From the IMG/VR virus record IMGVR_UViG_3300042507_004023: a DNA stretch of 64,000 bases; one strand, given 5' to 3'. Both the position numbers and the translations under genes were made by a program. Positions within the stretch are counted from its first letter, which is position 1; the number at the start of each line of letters is the position of its first letter. Positions 29,425-39,524 of this stretch are shown here, in pieces. The notes beneath the pieces are model-generated. The model had not been told where the DNA came from. It did not search any database and saw only the letters and a program-made list of their open reading frames with translations. The stretch comes from a virus.

Positions 29425-30072
29425 ATGAAACTATTCTGCGACATTAACGAGGAAATTCAAGTTCTAACTGAAGAGAACGAGCCAGGTAAGAAAAACTACT
29501 TTATTGAAGGCATCTTCCTGATGTGCGATCAAAAGAATCGCAACGGTCGTGTCTATACCTTTGAAATGATGAACAAGAAGGTTAACGAGTATAACAACAG
29601 TTTTGTAAAGCAAAAGAGAGCGTTCGGTGAATTGGGACACCCCGAGGGCCCAACCATTAACCTAGAGCGTGTCTCACATATGATTACTGACCTTTACTCC
29701 GATAAGAAGAACTTCATAGGTAGAGCCAAAATTATGGACACCCCATACGGTAAAATTGTTAAAAATTTGATTGATGAGGGTGCAAAACTAGGCGTTTCAA
29801 GCCGTGGTATTGGTTCTTTGGAAGAAAAGAACGGCGTAAACTATGTGAAAGACGATTATCAGTTAGCCACGGCTGCGGATATTGTAGCCGATCCATCGGC
29901 TCCAGAAGCCTTTGTAAGAGGTATTATGGAAGGAAAAGAATGGATTTGGGAAAGTGGCAGATTGGTAGAAAGAGATCTAGAAGAAATTAAAAAGAGCATT
30001 CAAAAAGCCTCTTCCCGAAAACTAGAAGAAACAAAAATTCAAGCATTTGAAAGGTTCTTACGGAATCTTTAA
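29425..30072 (+). CDS. gp21: Prohead protease gp21
   Basis: IEGIFL..DQKNRNGRVY, GELGHPEGPTINLERVSH, LGVSSRGIGSL, ADIVADPSAPEAFVRGIMEGKEW. Confidence 0.97.
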   Translation: MKLFCDINEEIQVLTEENEPGKKNYFIEGIFLMCDQKNRNGRVYTFEMMNKKVNEYNNSFVKQKRAFGELGHPEGPTINLERVSHMITDLYSDKKNFIGRAKIMDTPYGKIVKNLIDEGAKLGVSSRGIGSLEEKNGVNYVKDDYQLATAADIVADPSAPEAFVRGIMEGKEWIWESGRLVERDLEEIKKSIQKASSRKLEETKIQAFERFLRNL

Positions 30073-30122
30073 GAACACTAAATACAGTTTGACACCTTCA
30101 TAAATTCACAAGGAGCGAGTTC

Positions 30123-31229
30123 ATGGACTCATTTAAGAACGAAGAAGTAGAAGAAATCCTCGAAGAAGAGGAAACCACAACCGAAGCAGCACAAACTGAT
30201 TCGGAAGAAGTAGTCGTAACAGACGAAGAAACCATCGAAGAGGATTCGGCTGCTACTTTGAAGGCTAATGTTGCCGCAAAGCAAGCCAAGGGAGATAAGA
30301 CTAATCTTAAGTCTGCTCCTGCCGCTGCTGGATCATCAAAGTATGCGGGTCTTTACAAGGATGGAACAGGTAAGGGAGTTGTAATTCCTGAACCAGTTGC
30401 CACCGATGGATCTGCTTCTGCCGACAAGCAAATGAAGTTGGTGGACGCAAAGCGTTCTGGTAAGACTGAAGGAGTTCAAGTTCATATGGACGCTATGTTC
30501 AATGGAGAAGAACTAAGTGAAGACTTCAAGAACAAGGCTTCTACCATTTTTGAAACCGCTCTCAACGAGCGTGTTCAAGTTATTGAAGCCGAAATTAAGG
30601 CTGAATACGAGAATCGTCTCATCGAACAAACTGAAACGATGAAGACTGAACTCACTCAGCAACTTGATTCATACCTCTCATATGTTGTAGAGGAATGGAT
30701 GGAAGAAAATAAACTTGCTGTAGAGAAGGGTCTACGCACTGAAATCGCTGAAGAATTTATTGAAGGTCTTCGCGGTCTCTTCTTGCAGCATAACATTGAA
30801 GTCCCACAAGGCAAGACTGATCTGCTAGATCAAATGGCAGAGAAGGTTGAAACTTTGACCGCTTCCTTGAATGAAGAAATTAATAAGACTCTCGACATGA
30901 AGAACAAAATTGCTGAACTTGAAAGACAACAACTAGTTGCTTCAATGAGTGAAGGTCTTGTTGATACCGACAAGGAGCGTTTCTTAAAGTTGGCGGAAGG
31001 CGTTGGGTTTGAAACCAATAACGAGTTCCGTTCCAAGTTGGAAACAATCCGCGAATCATACTTCGGAGACTCAGGCAAGACCGTATTGAATGAGAATGTC
31101 GAAGATGATATGACGGTTGCAGAAAATGCCCCCGCGAACGAACAAGAAACCTTGTCCGAATCAATGGAAGCATACTCACAGATGTTGTCTCGCTTGAGCC
31201 GCACAAAGGCTCCAAGCAAGAAGAACTAA
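30123..31229 (+). CDS. gp22: Prohead scaffolding protein gp22
   Basis: LSEDFKNKASTIFETA, VDSYL.YVVEEWMEENKLAVEKGLRTEIAEEFIEGL-type motif, KLETIRESYF. Confidence 0.95.
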   Translation: MDSFKNEEVEEILEEEETTTEAAQTDSEEVVVTDEETIEEDSAATLKANVAAKQAKGDKTNLKSAPAAAGSSKYAGLYKDGTGKGVVIPEPVATDGSASADKQMKLVDAKRSGKTEGVQVHMDAMFNGEELSEDFKNKASTIFETALNERVQVIEAEIKAEYENRLIEQTETMKTELTQQLDSYLSYVVEEWMEENKLAVEKGLRTEIAEEFIEGLRGLFLQHNIEVPQGKTDLLDQMAEKVETLTASLNEEINKTLDMKNKIAELERQQLVASMSEGLVDTDKERFLKLAEGVGFETNNEFRSKLETIRESYFGDSGKTVLNENVEDDMTVAENAPANEQETLSESMEAYSQMLSRLSRTKAPSKKN

Positions 31230-31276
31230 TTTATAAATAACTTTAACCTTTAAACTACCACAGGAGTATAAAACCA

Positions 31277-32689
31277 ATGGAACTCACTATCTCAGAAGCC
31301 CTACAGAGCAAGTGGAAGCCAGTGCTTGAGCACCCAGAACTTCCCGACATCTCTGATCCATACCGCAAGGCGGTAACAACGATTCTCTTGGAGAATCAGC
31401 AGCAATATCTACGCGAAGATGGCCCATCAAACATCGGCTCGAACCTTGACGGTGGCGTAGCCGGTGGCAACTCAAATGTTGCTCGTTGGGATCCAATCCT
31501 CATTTCGCTCGTTCGTCGTGCAATGCCAAATCTCATTGCTTACGATGTATGCGGCGTTCAACCAATGAGTGGCCCAACCGGTCTTATCTTTGCTCTACGC
31601 AGCCGTTACAACAACCAGTTCGGTGACGAAGCCCTATTCCAAGAAGCCAACAGCCGCTTCTCAGGTAAGGCTGCTACCGGTCTAACTGGCGCAGGTCTCG
31701 GTCAAACCGCAAACTTCGGTGGCGTAACCGCAACTGATACTGATCCGTTCTATAACGGTGTCAACGCTGGTTTCACCGCAGGTAACTTCGGTCTAGATCC
31801 AAACGGCGACCCATTCTTGGGCACAGCAATGTCAACCAACACAGGCGAAGCCCTTGGTTATCCAAACGGTTCACAAGCCTCAGGCTCACAGTTTGCACAA
31901 ATGGCATTCTCAATCGAGAAGACCACTGTGACTGCTCAGACCCGTGCGTTGAAGGCAGAATACACAATGGAATTGGCACAAGATCTTAAGGCTATCCACG
32001 GTCTTGACGCTGAAACCGAACTCGCCAACATCTTGTCGAGTGAAATTCTTGCCGAAATCAACCGCGAAGTCGTTCGTCGCATCTATGTGTCAGCCAAGTT
32101 GGGTGCTCGCTCAGGTCTAACTCAGACCACAGGCGTGTTCGACTTGAATGTTGACTCGAACGGTCGTTGGTCAGTCGAGAAGTTCAAGGGTCTGCTCTTC
32201 CAAATGGAGCGCGAGTGCAATCAAATTGCCAAGGAAACCCGTCGTGGTAAGGGTAACTTCGTCCTCTGCTCGGCAGATGTGGCAAGTGCTCTAAGCATGG
32301 CAGGCGTTCTTGACTACGCTCCAGCCCTCTCAACCAACCTCAATGTTGACGATACAGGCAACACCTTCGCTGGTGTTCTCAACGGTCGTCTCCGCGTCTA
32401 CATCGACCCATACGCTTCACAGACAGCAACTCACGAGTTCTTCTGCGTTGGCTATAAGGGTTCGAGTCCATACGATGCTGGTCTCTTCTACTGCCCATAT
32501 GTTCCTCTACAAATGGTTCGTGCAGTTGGCGAGAACTCGTTCCAGCCAAAGATCGGATTCAAGACTCGTTACGGTCTAATCCACAATCCATTCGTATTGA
32601 ACTCAAGCGGTCAGGTAACAAGCGATCTCGATGCTACAGTTCGTCGCAACATGTATTATCGTATCGTCAAGGTCACAAACCTCTTCTGA
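31277..32689 (+). CDS. gp23: Major capsid protein gp23
   Basis: DPILISLVRRAMPNLIAYDVCGVQPMSGPTGLIFA, RALKAEYTMELAQDLKAIHGLDAE, FQPKIGFKTRYG; TATAAATA at 31232. Confidence 0.99.
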   Translation: MELTISEALQSKWKPVLEHPELPDISDPYRKAVTTILLENQQQYLREDGPSNIGSNLDGGVAGGNSNVARWDPILISLVRRAMPNLIAYDVCGVQPMSGPTGLIFALRSRYNNQFGDEALFQEANSRFSGKAATGLTGAGLGQTANFGGVTATDTDPFYNGVNAGFTAGNFGLDPNGDPFLGTAMSTNTGEALGYPNGSQASGSQFAQMAFSIEKTTVTAQTRALKAEYTMELAQDLKAIHGLDAETELANILSSEILAEINREVVRRIYVSAKLGARSGLTQTTGVFDLNVDSNGRWSVEKFKGLLFQMERECNQIAKETRRGKGNFVLCSADVASALSMAGVLDYAPALSTNLNVDDTGNTFAGVLNGRLRVYIDPYASQTATHEFFCVGYKGSSPYDAGLFYCPYVPLQMVRAVGENSFQPKIGFKTRYGLIHNPFVLNSSGQVTSDLDATVRRNMYYRIVKVTNLF

Positions 32690-32714
32690 TCTTTCAGAAG
32701 TCTCTCTACTCGGA

Positions 32715-32746
32715 CAGCCCCCTCGAAAGAGGGGGTTGTTCTTTTT
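32715..32746 (+). terminator. Rho-independent terminator after gp23
   Basis: CAGCCCCCTC-GAAA-GAGGGGGTTG plus T run. Confidence 0.85.
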
Positions 32747-32844
32747 ATACCGTGCGAACTACTTTGCACAATTTTGCGTATACCTAAATAGGGGTAACAG
32801 AAATTTAAAATATACACGCAAGCCATAACCAAAAGGGGAAATAC

Positions 32845-34473
32845 ATGGCAGTCTATTATTGGAAGGGATCAACAGGCGGAACTGCAAGCAATTATGCTTG
32901 GAATGTTCCTCAAAACTGGGTTAAAGTCGTAAAACCAAATCCATATTCATCGTTTTCTTACTTTGTTGGAGCAACCAATTCTGTTCCATCAGGTGGCGAT
33001 GATGTGTATATTGGTGGATTTATTACGGGCCCAACCTGTGTGTCGCCGCTAGTTTACGGTGGATACTCAGGTTCTGGTAACACGGGTTCTTGGATTTCAA
33101 ATATCGGAGGAACCGGCGCAACAACTGCACAAGGTCAACTCAATTCGCTTGTTGTTGGTTGGCAAACTGGTGCTACAGGCAAATATCCATTTACAACTAT
33201 TGGTGGTGGTAAGACCATAGTTTGGGATATGACTGGCTCAAATTTCAGCATAGGTGTGGTTGGCACAATGACTCCTGGACTAACACCAGACAGTCTTGTG
33301 GGAACTTACTATGATACCTTGACTGTTTTGGCTAAAAACACTTACGAAACTTCTTCAAGTGTTGGTGATACCATTAACAGTGTGGACGCAAACCCATACA
33401 CAATCAAATTAAATTACGCTCTAGGTTCTACTGCATTTTCATCAAATTTGTTTACAAACACAGTAATCAAAGGAGCAAGATCTTTAATTGGTCTTCCAAT
33501 TCAGGCTTGTGGTTGGGAAGACGGAGGATCATCTAGCAAATCCAAGATGATTCTTTCTGGTTATTTGAATAAAGTTCAAGACTTGTCTGCTCCATGCCAA
33601 ACCTATTGGATGTCTGGACAAACTAATTTTGGTTCTCCAATGGTTTACTTCCAAGGTTGCACATTCGCAGAGTATCAAGGCAATAATCATTGCACTCTAG
33701 TGCTTGATGAAAATTCAACTGCGGCACTGATTTCAATTAATTCTTGGTTTAATTATCCAAGTAATGTTTTGGGTAAGTATCCATATCACTACATTAAAGG
33801 AGAAATTAACGCATCTAAAGCGTTAGCAGTATTTGGTTTAACTGGTGGTGTAACTGGCGCAGGAAAAGGAACTTTGTCCGTTAATGCAGATTGGTATTCA
33901 AATATTGGATGGCAATATGAAGGTGTGTGGGAAAACAGTCCTTTAAATAACAGCACTAGACAAGAGTGCGGGTTTATTATCCTTAGTGGTGACGATTGGA
34001 GTGGTGTTACAGGCAACACTCGTATAGGTGAAATATTAGTTAGAGGTGGCAATCCAGTTGATGGTGACGGCGGAACTCCTTGGAATTTTGCATCACAATC
34101 AAACAAGCCTATCTTGATGGTTAAGCGAGGAACTGTTATAGGTTCTGCAAATATGGAATATGGCGAAATGTTTGGGCATGATGCTCCAAATTCTCCAGCG
34201 TCTGTTGGTCAGTTGGTTATGTCTAGAGACTCTACACTTTGGACAAATTCAATGGCTTGGCAGTTTGGCGTTACCGCAGGAGCAACAGGAGCCACCGCAA
34301 TCGTTGGTGGTATATTCGGTGATACCACTACTTGGATTCGTATGAGTGACGGCGTTCAATTGTTCAACAAGAATCTTGCTAGAACATTCAAGAACACTAC
34401 TTATAGTGCAGTCAACTTTAGCATCAACGATGTCACTCTTGAACCTGATACCATGAGAAAAGAAGCACTATAA
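32845..34473 (+). CDS. Late Gly/Thr/Ser-rich beta-structured virion/adhesin-like protein (paralog of 37674-39416)
   Basis: N-terminal YYWKG...W...NW...VPSGGDDVYIG; CTAAATA at 32784 and AAAGGGG SD. Confidence 0.6.
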   Translation: MAVYYWKGSTGGTASNYAWNVPQNWVKVVKPNPYSSFSYFVGATNSVPSGGDDVYIGGFITGPTCVSPLVYGGYSGSGNTGSWISNIGGTGATTAQGQLNSLVVGWQTGATGKYPFTTIGGGKTIVWDMTGSNFSIGVVGTMTPGLTPDSLVGTYYDTLTVLAKNTYETSSSVGDTINSVDANPYTIKLNYALGSTAFSSNLFTNTVIKGARSLIGLPIQACGWEDGGSSSKSKMILSGYLNKVQDLSAPCQTYWMSGQTNFGSPMVYFQGCTFAEYQGNNHCTLVLDENSTAALISINSWFNYPSNVLGKYPYHYIKGEINASKALAVFGLTGGVTGAGKGTLSVNADWYSNIGWQYEGVWENSPLNNSTRQECGFIILSGDDWSGVTGNTRIGEILVRGGNPVDGDGGTPWNFASQSNKPILMVKRGTVIGSANMEYGEMFGHDAPNSPASVGQLVMSRDSTLWTNSMAWQFGVTAGATGATAIVGGIFGDTTTWIRMSDGVQLFNKNLARTFKNTTYSAVNFSINDVTLEPDTMRKEAL

Positions 34474-34501
34474 TATAATTTTACTATCTTATTCACGAAA
34501 G

Positions 34502-34528
34502 GACGACTCCGAAAGGGGTCGTCTTTTT
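34502..34528 (+). terminator. Rho-independent terminator (20-nt core identical to 39442-39461)
   Basis: GACGACTCC-GAAA-GGGGTCGTC plus TTTTT. Confidence 0.85.
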
Positions 34529-34544
34529 ATTTCTAAATACTCTT

Positions 34545-35090
34545 ATGGAAAAAGATTACGGAATACCAAAGTATCTTGAAGGAGGAAGGCTGTCTATACA
34601 GCCTGAAAATACTAATCCAGCATTAACCACAAACTTTGTGTTCCTGCTTCCTAAAATACCGAATGTGGTATTCTTTTGCACTAGCGTTTCTTTGCCTGGC
34701 ATGACCTGTAACGAACTTGCTTACAAAACAGGCAGAGGAATATCGTATAAAGTTCCTGGCTCAGAAATATCTCACGGCGAACTAACCTTCACCTATCTTG
34801 TAGACGAAAAAATGAACAACTTTAAAGAACTGCAACAATGGTTTAGAACTATGACAGCCTTCCGAGATTTTTCTAATGTTTCAGAAATGCGTAATTGGTT
34901 GAGCGAAGAAGGACAACTAATAGTTTTGTCTGCTAGAAAAACAGCAAAGTATAGAATAGTTTTCCGAGGATTGTTTCCTTCAAAAATGTCAGGCGTTACT
35001 TTCAATAGTGCGGATACTGAAGCAAACAATTTAGCAGCAACCTGCAACATGAATTTCACCTATTATAATTGGGAGCCAATGAATGGCTAA
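34545..35090 (+). CDS. gp3: Tail completion / sheath stabilizer gp3, copy 1
   Basis: NPALTTNFVFLLPKIPNVVFFCTSVSLPG, LTFTYLVDEKMNNFKELQQW, FRGLFPSKMSGVTFN. Confidence 0.85.
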   Translation: MEKDYGIPKYLEGGRLSIQPENTNPALTTNFVFLLPKIPNVVFFCTSVSLPGMTCNELAYKTGRGISYKVPGSEISHGELTFTYLVDEKMNNFKELQQWFRTMTAFRDFSNVSEMRNWLSEEGQLIVLSARKTAKYRIVFRGLFPSKMSGVTFNSADTEANNLAATCNMNFTYYNWEPMNG

Positions 35091-35604
35091 AGAATACGAT
35101 CTTCCTGATCGTCCTAGACGAGCAGAACAAAGTGTAAATCTTTCAATACCTCAAAACTTTCAGTTGGGTGTAAAGAAAATGCCTGCGTTCACCTATTCGG
35201 TTCAAACTGTAGCATTGAACGAAATGGGTGGAGATCCGATGGATGTCTCGTTTGCTTTAGGCCCAAATCTTAAACTACCGGCTGCTGCACCAAGAATTTC
35301 CGCCTTTACTGTAACATTCGTGGTTAACGAAGACCTTTCAAATTACTACGAGATTTTACGGTGGATGCGTGAGGCTACACCATACAAAGATTTTGATGAA
35401 ATACAACCTCTGAAAGAAGTTTGGCAAGAAGCGTTTCTGTTGTATCTAACCAATAAAAAGAATCCGTATCGCAAAATTACTTTCCGAGGAATATTTCCCA
35501 CAGAATTATCAGGCTTGGAATTCAATTACGCAGACACGGAAGCAAAGCCGCTAATCGCCACAGTTAAATTTACAATTAACGACTATATTATTGAAGATTT
35601 ATAA
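35083..35604 (+). CDS. gp3: Tail completion / sheath stabilizer gp3, copy 2
   Basis: FTVTFVVNEDLSNYYEILRWM, FRGIFPTELSGLEFN, ATVKFTINDY. Confidence 0.8.
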   Translation: MAKEYDLPDRPRRAEQSVNLSIPQNFQLGVKKMPAFTYSVQTVALNEMGGDPMDVSFALGPNLKLPAAAPRISAFTVTFVVNEDLSNYYEILRWMREATPYKDFDEIQPLKEVWQEAFLLYLTNKKNPYRKITFRGIFPTELSGLEFNYADTEAKPLIATVKFTINDYIIEDL

Positions 35605-35605
35605 T

Positions 35606-35633
35606 TTGACTTCCTTGAAATTTCTGCTAAACT
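35606..35633 (+). promoter_or_regulatory. Sigma70-like promoter TTGACT-N16-TAAACT, 6 nt before the uvsY ATG
   Basis: Hexamer match and position. Confidence 0.65.
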
Positions 35634-35639
35634 TACCGT

Positions 35640-36077
35640 ATGCGTCTAGAACAAATTCGTGAAATGGTGGAACGAGATATTCCTATCGACAAGACGGAAC
35701 TTGGTGACGAGTCGGCTAGAATCCCGCAGTTGCACAACAAGTATCTGAACCTGTTTCACGACGAGCGGTTGGTCTTAAGCAAGATGAACGCGGATTTCAA
35801 TGTGTTGCGTAAAAACAAATGGGAGTGGATGACCGGTAAACTTAGTCAAGAGCAGTTGGCTGCTTTGGGTTGGGAGCCGTTTCAAATTCGCATCATGCGT
35901 CAAGACCTTGAACTGTATATGGATGCGGATGCTGATCTCAACGAAGCACAGGCTAAGATTGCTTTGCAAAAGGAAAAGACCGAGTATCTTGAGTCCCTGC
36001 TAAAGGCTATCAATCAGCGTCATTGGGTTATACGCAACGCAATTGAATGGCGAAAGTTCACCCAAGGCGTTGTATAA
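35640..36077 (+). CDS. uvsY: Recombination mediator UvsY
   Basis: DKTELGDESARIPQLHNKYL, KWEWMTGK, YMDADADL, RHWVIRNAIEWRKFTQG. Confidence 0.93.
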   Translation: MRLEQIREMVERDIPIDKTELGDESARIPQLHNKYLNLFHDERLVLSKMNADFNVLRKNKWEWMTGKLSQEQLAALGWEPFQIRIMRQDLELYMDADADLNEAQAKIALQKEKTEYLESLLKAINQRHWVIRNAIEWRKFTQGVV

Positions 36078-36109
36078 CGCTTCCGCAGACACCCCTAAAT
36101 ATAGGGGAT

Positions 36110-37624
36110 ATGTCTGTGATTTCTGCAACATGCTTTAATACGGTTCATGCTCGCATTTACGCCGAGCCTGGTGTTGCTCGTGAGATACAAGAGTATTTCA
36201 CTTTCGATGTGCCTAACGCAAAATTTACACCTGCTTACAAAAATCGTTATTGGGACGGTAAGATTCGGTTGTTCTCTCCGTTCAACGGATTACTGTATAT
36301 CGGCTTGTTGGACTATCTGGCTGCGTTTGCAAAAGAACGCGGCTACACTCTAGAACTTGATAAAGGCTTTACACAAAAGCCGCCACAAGTCACTCCTGAA
36401 CAAATAGTCGAATTTCTAGACACCTTAAAACTTGCTGCAAACGGCAAACCTATCAAGCCGCATCCTCATCAGTTAGATGCTATCGGTGCTGCGGTAAACC
36501 GTGAGCGGGCTTTGCTGTTGTCTCCCACCGCAAGCGGCAAATCGCTTATCATTTACTCGCTGCTTAGATGGTATCAAAATATTATACCACCTGACCGAAA
36601 AATCTTGATTGTGGTTCCCACCATATCACTGGTGTCTCAAATGAAATCCGATTTTGCAGACTATTCCAAGACTACAGATTGGGATGCGGAAGAAAATTGT
36701 CACACCATCTTTGGTGGGCAGCAGAAAATGGACTCACGACAAATAGTAATCTCCACATGGCAATCTATTTACGAACTGCCTAAGGCTTATTTCGATCAGT
36801 TTGAAGTTGTAATTGGTGATGAGGCTCACCTGTTTAAAGCGCAATCTTTAACTTCCATAATGACAAAACTCACCAAGTGTCCGTATCGTATTGCACTAAC
36901 AGGAACCTTGGATGGAACTAAAACCAATAAACTGGCTATTGAAGGCTTGTTTGGGCCAACCTTGCAAGTAACAACAACACGAGATCTGATTGACAGCAAT
37001 CTGTTGTCCACTATCAGCATTGACTGCATTGTATTGAACTATCCTGCTGAAGTTTGTCAAACCATGCGAGAAGCATCGTATCAAGACGAACTTGAATTTT
37101 TAGTTACAAACACGCTTCGTAACAAGTTTATAACTAATCTTGCTTTAAGCACCAAAGGCAATACCCTAGTTTTATTTCAATTCGTAGAAAAGCACGGCAA
37201 GCCGTTACACGAATTAATTCGTAAAAAAGCGAAAGGCAGACCTGTCTTCTTTGTTCACGGTGAAACTGAAGCCGACTATCGTGAGTCTGTTCGTCACATC
37301 ACTGAAAGTGAAGACAACGCGATTATTGTAGCCTCGTATGGAACCTTTTCTACAGGCATTAACATTAGAAGTTTAAAAAATATCATCTTTGCCTCGCCGT
37401 CCAAGAGCAGAATTCGAGTTTTACAGTCTATAGGCAGACAACTACGAAAAAGCGAGAAGAAGGATAAGGCTCATCTTTACGATATTTCTGATGATCTGCG
37501 ATGGAAAGCCCGCAAAAATCATACCTTAAAGCATTTCGTGGAGCGTGTAAAGATATATTCAGAAGAAGGTTTCCCGTATAAACTTATAAAATTGCCGGTG
37601 GTCTCAAAAAATACTTCAACCTAA
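36110..37624 (+). CDS. uvsW: DNA helicase UvsW (SF2)
   Basis: FTFDVPNAKFTPAYKNRYWDGKIRLF, SPTASGKSLIIY, DEAH, GLTGT-like ALTGT, ASYGTFSTGINI, LQSIGR; start refined to ATG 36110. Confidence 0.96.
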   Translation: MSVISATCFNTVHARIYAEPGVAREIQEYFTFDVPNAKFTPAYKNRYWDGKIRLFSPFNGLLYIGLLDYLAAFAKERGYTLELDKGFTQKPPQVTPEQIVEFLDTLKLAANGKPIKPHPHQLDAIGAAVNRERALLLSPTASGKSLIIYSLLRWYQNIIPPDRKILIVVPTISLVSQMKSDFADYSKTTDWDAEENCHTIFGGQQKMDSRQIVISTWQSIYELPKAYFDQFEVVIGDEAHLFKAQSLTSIMTKLTKCPYRIALTGTLDGTKTNKLAIEGLFGPTLQVTTTRDLIDSNLLSTISIDCIVLNYPAEVCQTMREASYQDELEFLVTNTLRNKFITNLALSTKGNTLVLFQFVEKHGKPLHELIRKKAKGRPVFFVHGETEADYRESVRHITESEDNAIIVASYGTFSTGINIRSLKNIIFASPSKSRIRVLQSIGRQLRKSEKKDKAHLYDISDDLRWKARKNHTLKHFVERVKIYSEEGFPYKLIKLPVVSKNTST

Positions 37625-37673
37625 ATAGAGGTAGTTTTAAAACCACTCATTCTCTTTAAAGGGGTAATAACAC

Positions 37674-39416
37674 ATGTCATTAGAATACCACTGGATTGGT
37701 GCTACCGGCAATTCAATCAACAAATACGACTGGAACAGTTTAAACAACTGGCTCGTATACGATTCCACAAAAGTAAACACAATCGTTGGGCCTTGGAGCC
37801 GTGCAACTCGCGTTCCTGAGGCTCTTGATACGGTTAAGATTGGTGAAAAATTCCACTGCTTTAGCCCGCTTCTGTTCGGTGGTTACACCGGTGGTTTAAC
37901 CCACAGCAGCGGTTCTTGGGGTGTTGCAGGTGGCGTAACAAGCGCAACCGCAGGTGTTACTGACGGTGGTGTAATGTTTGTGTATGTTACCGACAAACCG
38001 GCTTCAGATTACGGCCCATCAGTTTCTGGTGCTCTCATCTACGGTGTTGCAGGTCTTAACTCAAGATCTCCTTCGGGAATTTGGGCATCTTTCGACGGCG
38101 GTGCTCAAGATCTTGTTGAAGCATTAGAGTTGATTAACCCACACATTTCTGATCTGTCGGCAACTGGATCAGCATCTTACGATTATAACGATTCGTTGTA
38201 TCCGTTCCCATACCTTGGCGGTGGGTTGACTGGTGAAATCTTGGATTGGGTTTACACTCAACACAAGACCTCTTACGAGGCTCACGCTGCTGTAGGAAAT
38301 TCCGCCTATGCCGCAGCAAACGCATGGGTTGGTGGCGGTGCAACCGGCGCACTTGAACCAAGAACACAGGAACTAAGAATTCGTGCAAAGCGAGTTGATA
38401 TGAATCCTGGTGTAGGCAACACATCTCTACAGAACACAAGAATTGTTAACATTAAAGTCAATCCAGACCGTGAAAAGAATGGTGGAACAATTCAAACTGT
38501 GGTAAATGTGAACCAATACGAAAACCCATTCCACTACTACACCATCAAGAATGTGGTGGCAAGAACTGTTAATGTTATGGGTGATGCTAGCGTTGAACTG
38601 CTTGGTGTAACCGCAGCACAAGTCAACTCTGATATGCACAGCACACTAAAGACGGATCGTAATTGCAGTCTAGGTGGTCTTCGTGTTCAAAGTGGACAAA
38701 ACACGGCTCGCTACAATGTGTGGCCTCTATACTTTGCAGGTCAAATCACTGCTGGTGCTGTTAGCGCAGTATGGGGTAACGCAGCACAAACCATTCCTGT
38801 AGGCACTTACGCAAACGCAATCGTAGTTGACCCTGCACCAGCAAATTTCGCCGGAACTGGTTTAACTTCAGTAGTTCAAACCAGCAATCTAAGCCCATAC
38901 ATCGGTATTGGAGAGTATCAAGGCGGAACATCACACTTCGCCACAATTCCATCACTAATCTTGAACTCAGCAAGCGAAGGTGGAGGCCCCAAGCACAGCC
39001 TACAGTTTATAGGTTCCGCAAAGATTGCTGAAGTTGAACTAAACGGTGGCGAGTTTGTTCCTTCACTGTTGTTGACTAATGGCGATCCTTGCGAAGTTTA
39101 TGTTGGTAGTCTAAACATCTCCAACAATGCAATCGTAAGAATGAATGTCAATCCGGCGTTCGATTCGCTGTTCATGGGTGGTATCACAGGAACCAATCCA
39201 AGCAACTTCCGTTTAATCGGCGGAATCAATGCGTTGGATGACACTTGTGTGATTTATCCAGACACAGGAATTCGTCTAGTAAACACCAAGATTCTAGAAG
39301 GTGGTCAGGACGCTTCGGGCAAGAAGAACAATACATTCTTCACCGTAAGCAGAAACGATATCACAGCCCTACAAGGCTCGTTGGGTATCGAACAACCGAA
39401 GATTGCTCTCGACTGA
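37674..39416 (+). CDS. Late Gly/Thr/Ser-rich beta-structured virion/adhesin-like protein (paralog of 32845-34473)
   Basis: N-terminal YHWIG...W...NW...VPEALDTVKIG; CTAAATA at 37621 and AAAGGGG SD. Confidence 0.6.
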   Translation: MSLEYHWIGATGNSINKYDWNSLNNWLVYDSTKVNTIVGPWSRATRVPEALDTVKIGEKFHCFSPLLFGGYTGGLTHSSGSWGVAGGVTSATAGVTDGGVMFVYVTDKPASDYGPSVSGALIYGVAGLNSRSPSGIWASFDGGAQDLVEALELINPHISDLSATGSASYDYNDSLYPFPYLGGGLTGEILDWVYTQHKTSYEAHAAVGNSAYAAANAWVGGGATGALEPRTQELRIRAKRVDMNPGVGNTSLQNTRIVNIKVNPDREKNGGTIQTVVNVNQYENPFHYYTIKNVVARTVNVMGDASVELLGVTAAQVNSDMHSTLKTDRNCSLGGLRVQSGQNTARYNVWPLYFAGQITAGAVSAVWGNAAQTIPVGTYANAIVVDPAPANFAGTGLTSVVQTSNLSPYIGIGEYQGGTSHFATIPSLILNSASEGGGPKHSLQFIGSAKIAEVELNGGEFVPSLLLTNGDPCEVYVGSLNISNNAIVRMNVNPAFDSLFMGGITGTNPSNFRLIGGINALDDTCVIYPDTGIRLVNTKILEGGQDASGKKNNTFFTVSRNDITALQGSLGIEQPKIALD

Positions 39417-39440
39417 TCCGCAGTATAAATCCTTACAAAG

Positions 39441-39466
39441 AACGACTCCGAAAGGGGTCGTTTTTT
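39441..39466 (+). terminator. Rho-independent terminator
   Basis: AACGACTCC-GAAA-GGGGTCGTT plus T run. Confidence 0.85.
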
Positions 39467-39524
39467 GTTTTTCGTCGAAATGCTATAAGTTGTGGTGTTT
39501 AGTCACCTAAATACTATTAGTCTT

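Noticed and set aside
22077-32689. Introns or inteins in gp17, gp18, gp20 and gp23
   Set aside because: ORFs are continuous and of normal length, with no intein C/S...HN motifs
31277-34473. Absence of a gp24 vertex gene after gp23 as a novelty
   Set aside because: gp24 is commonly missing outside the Tevenvirinae proper
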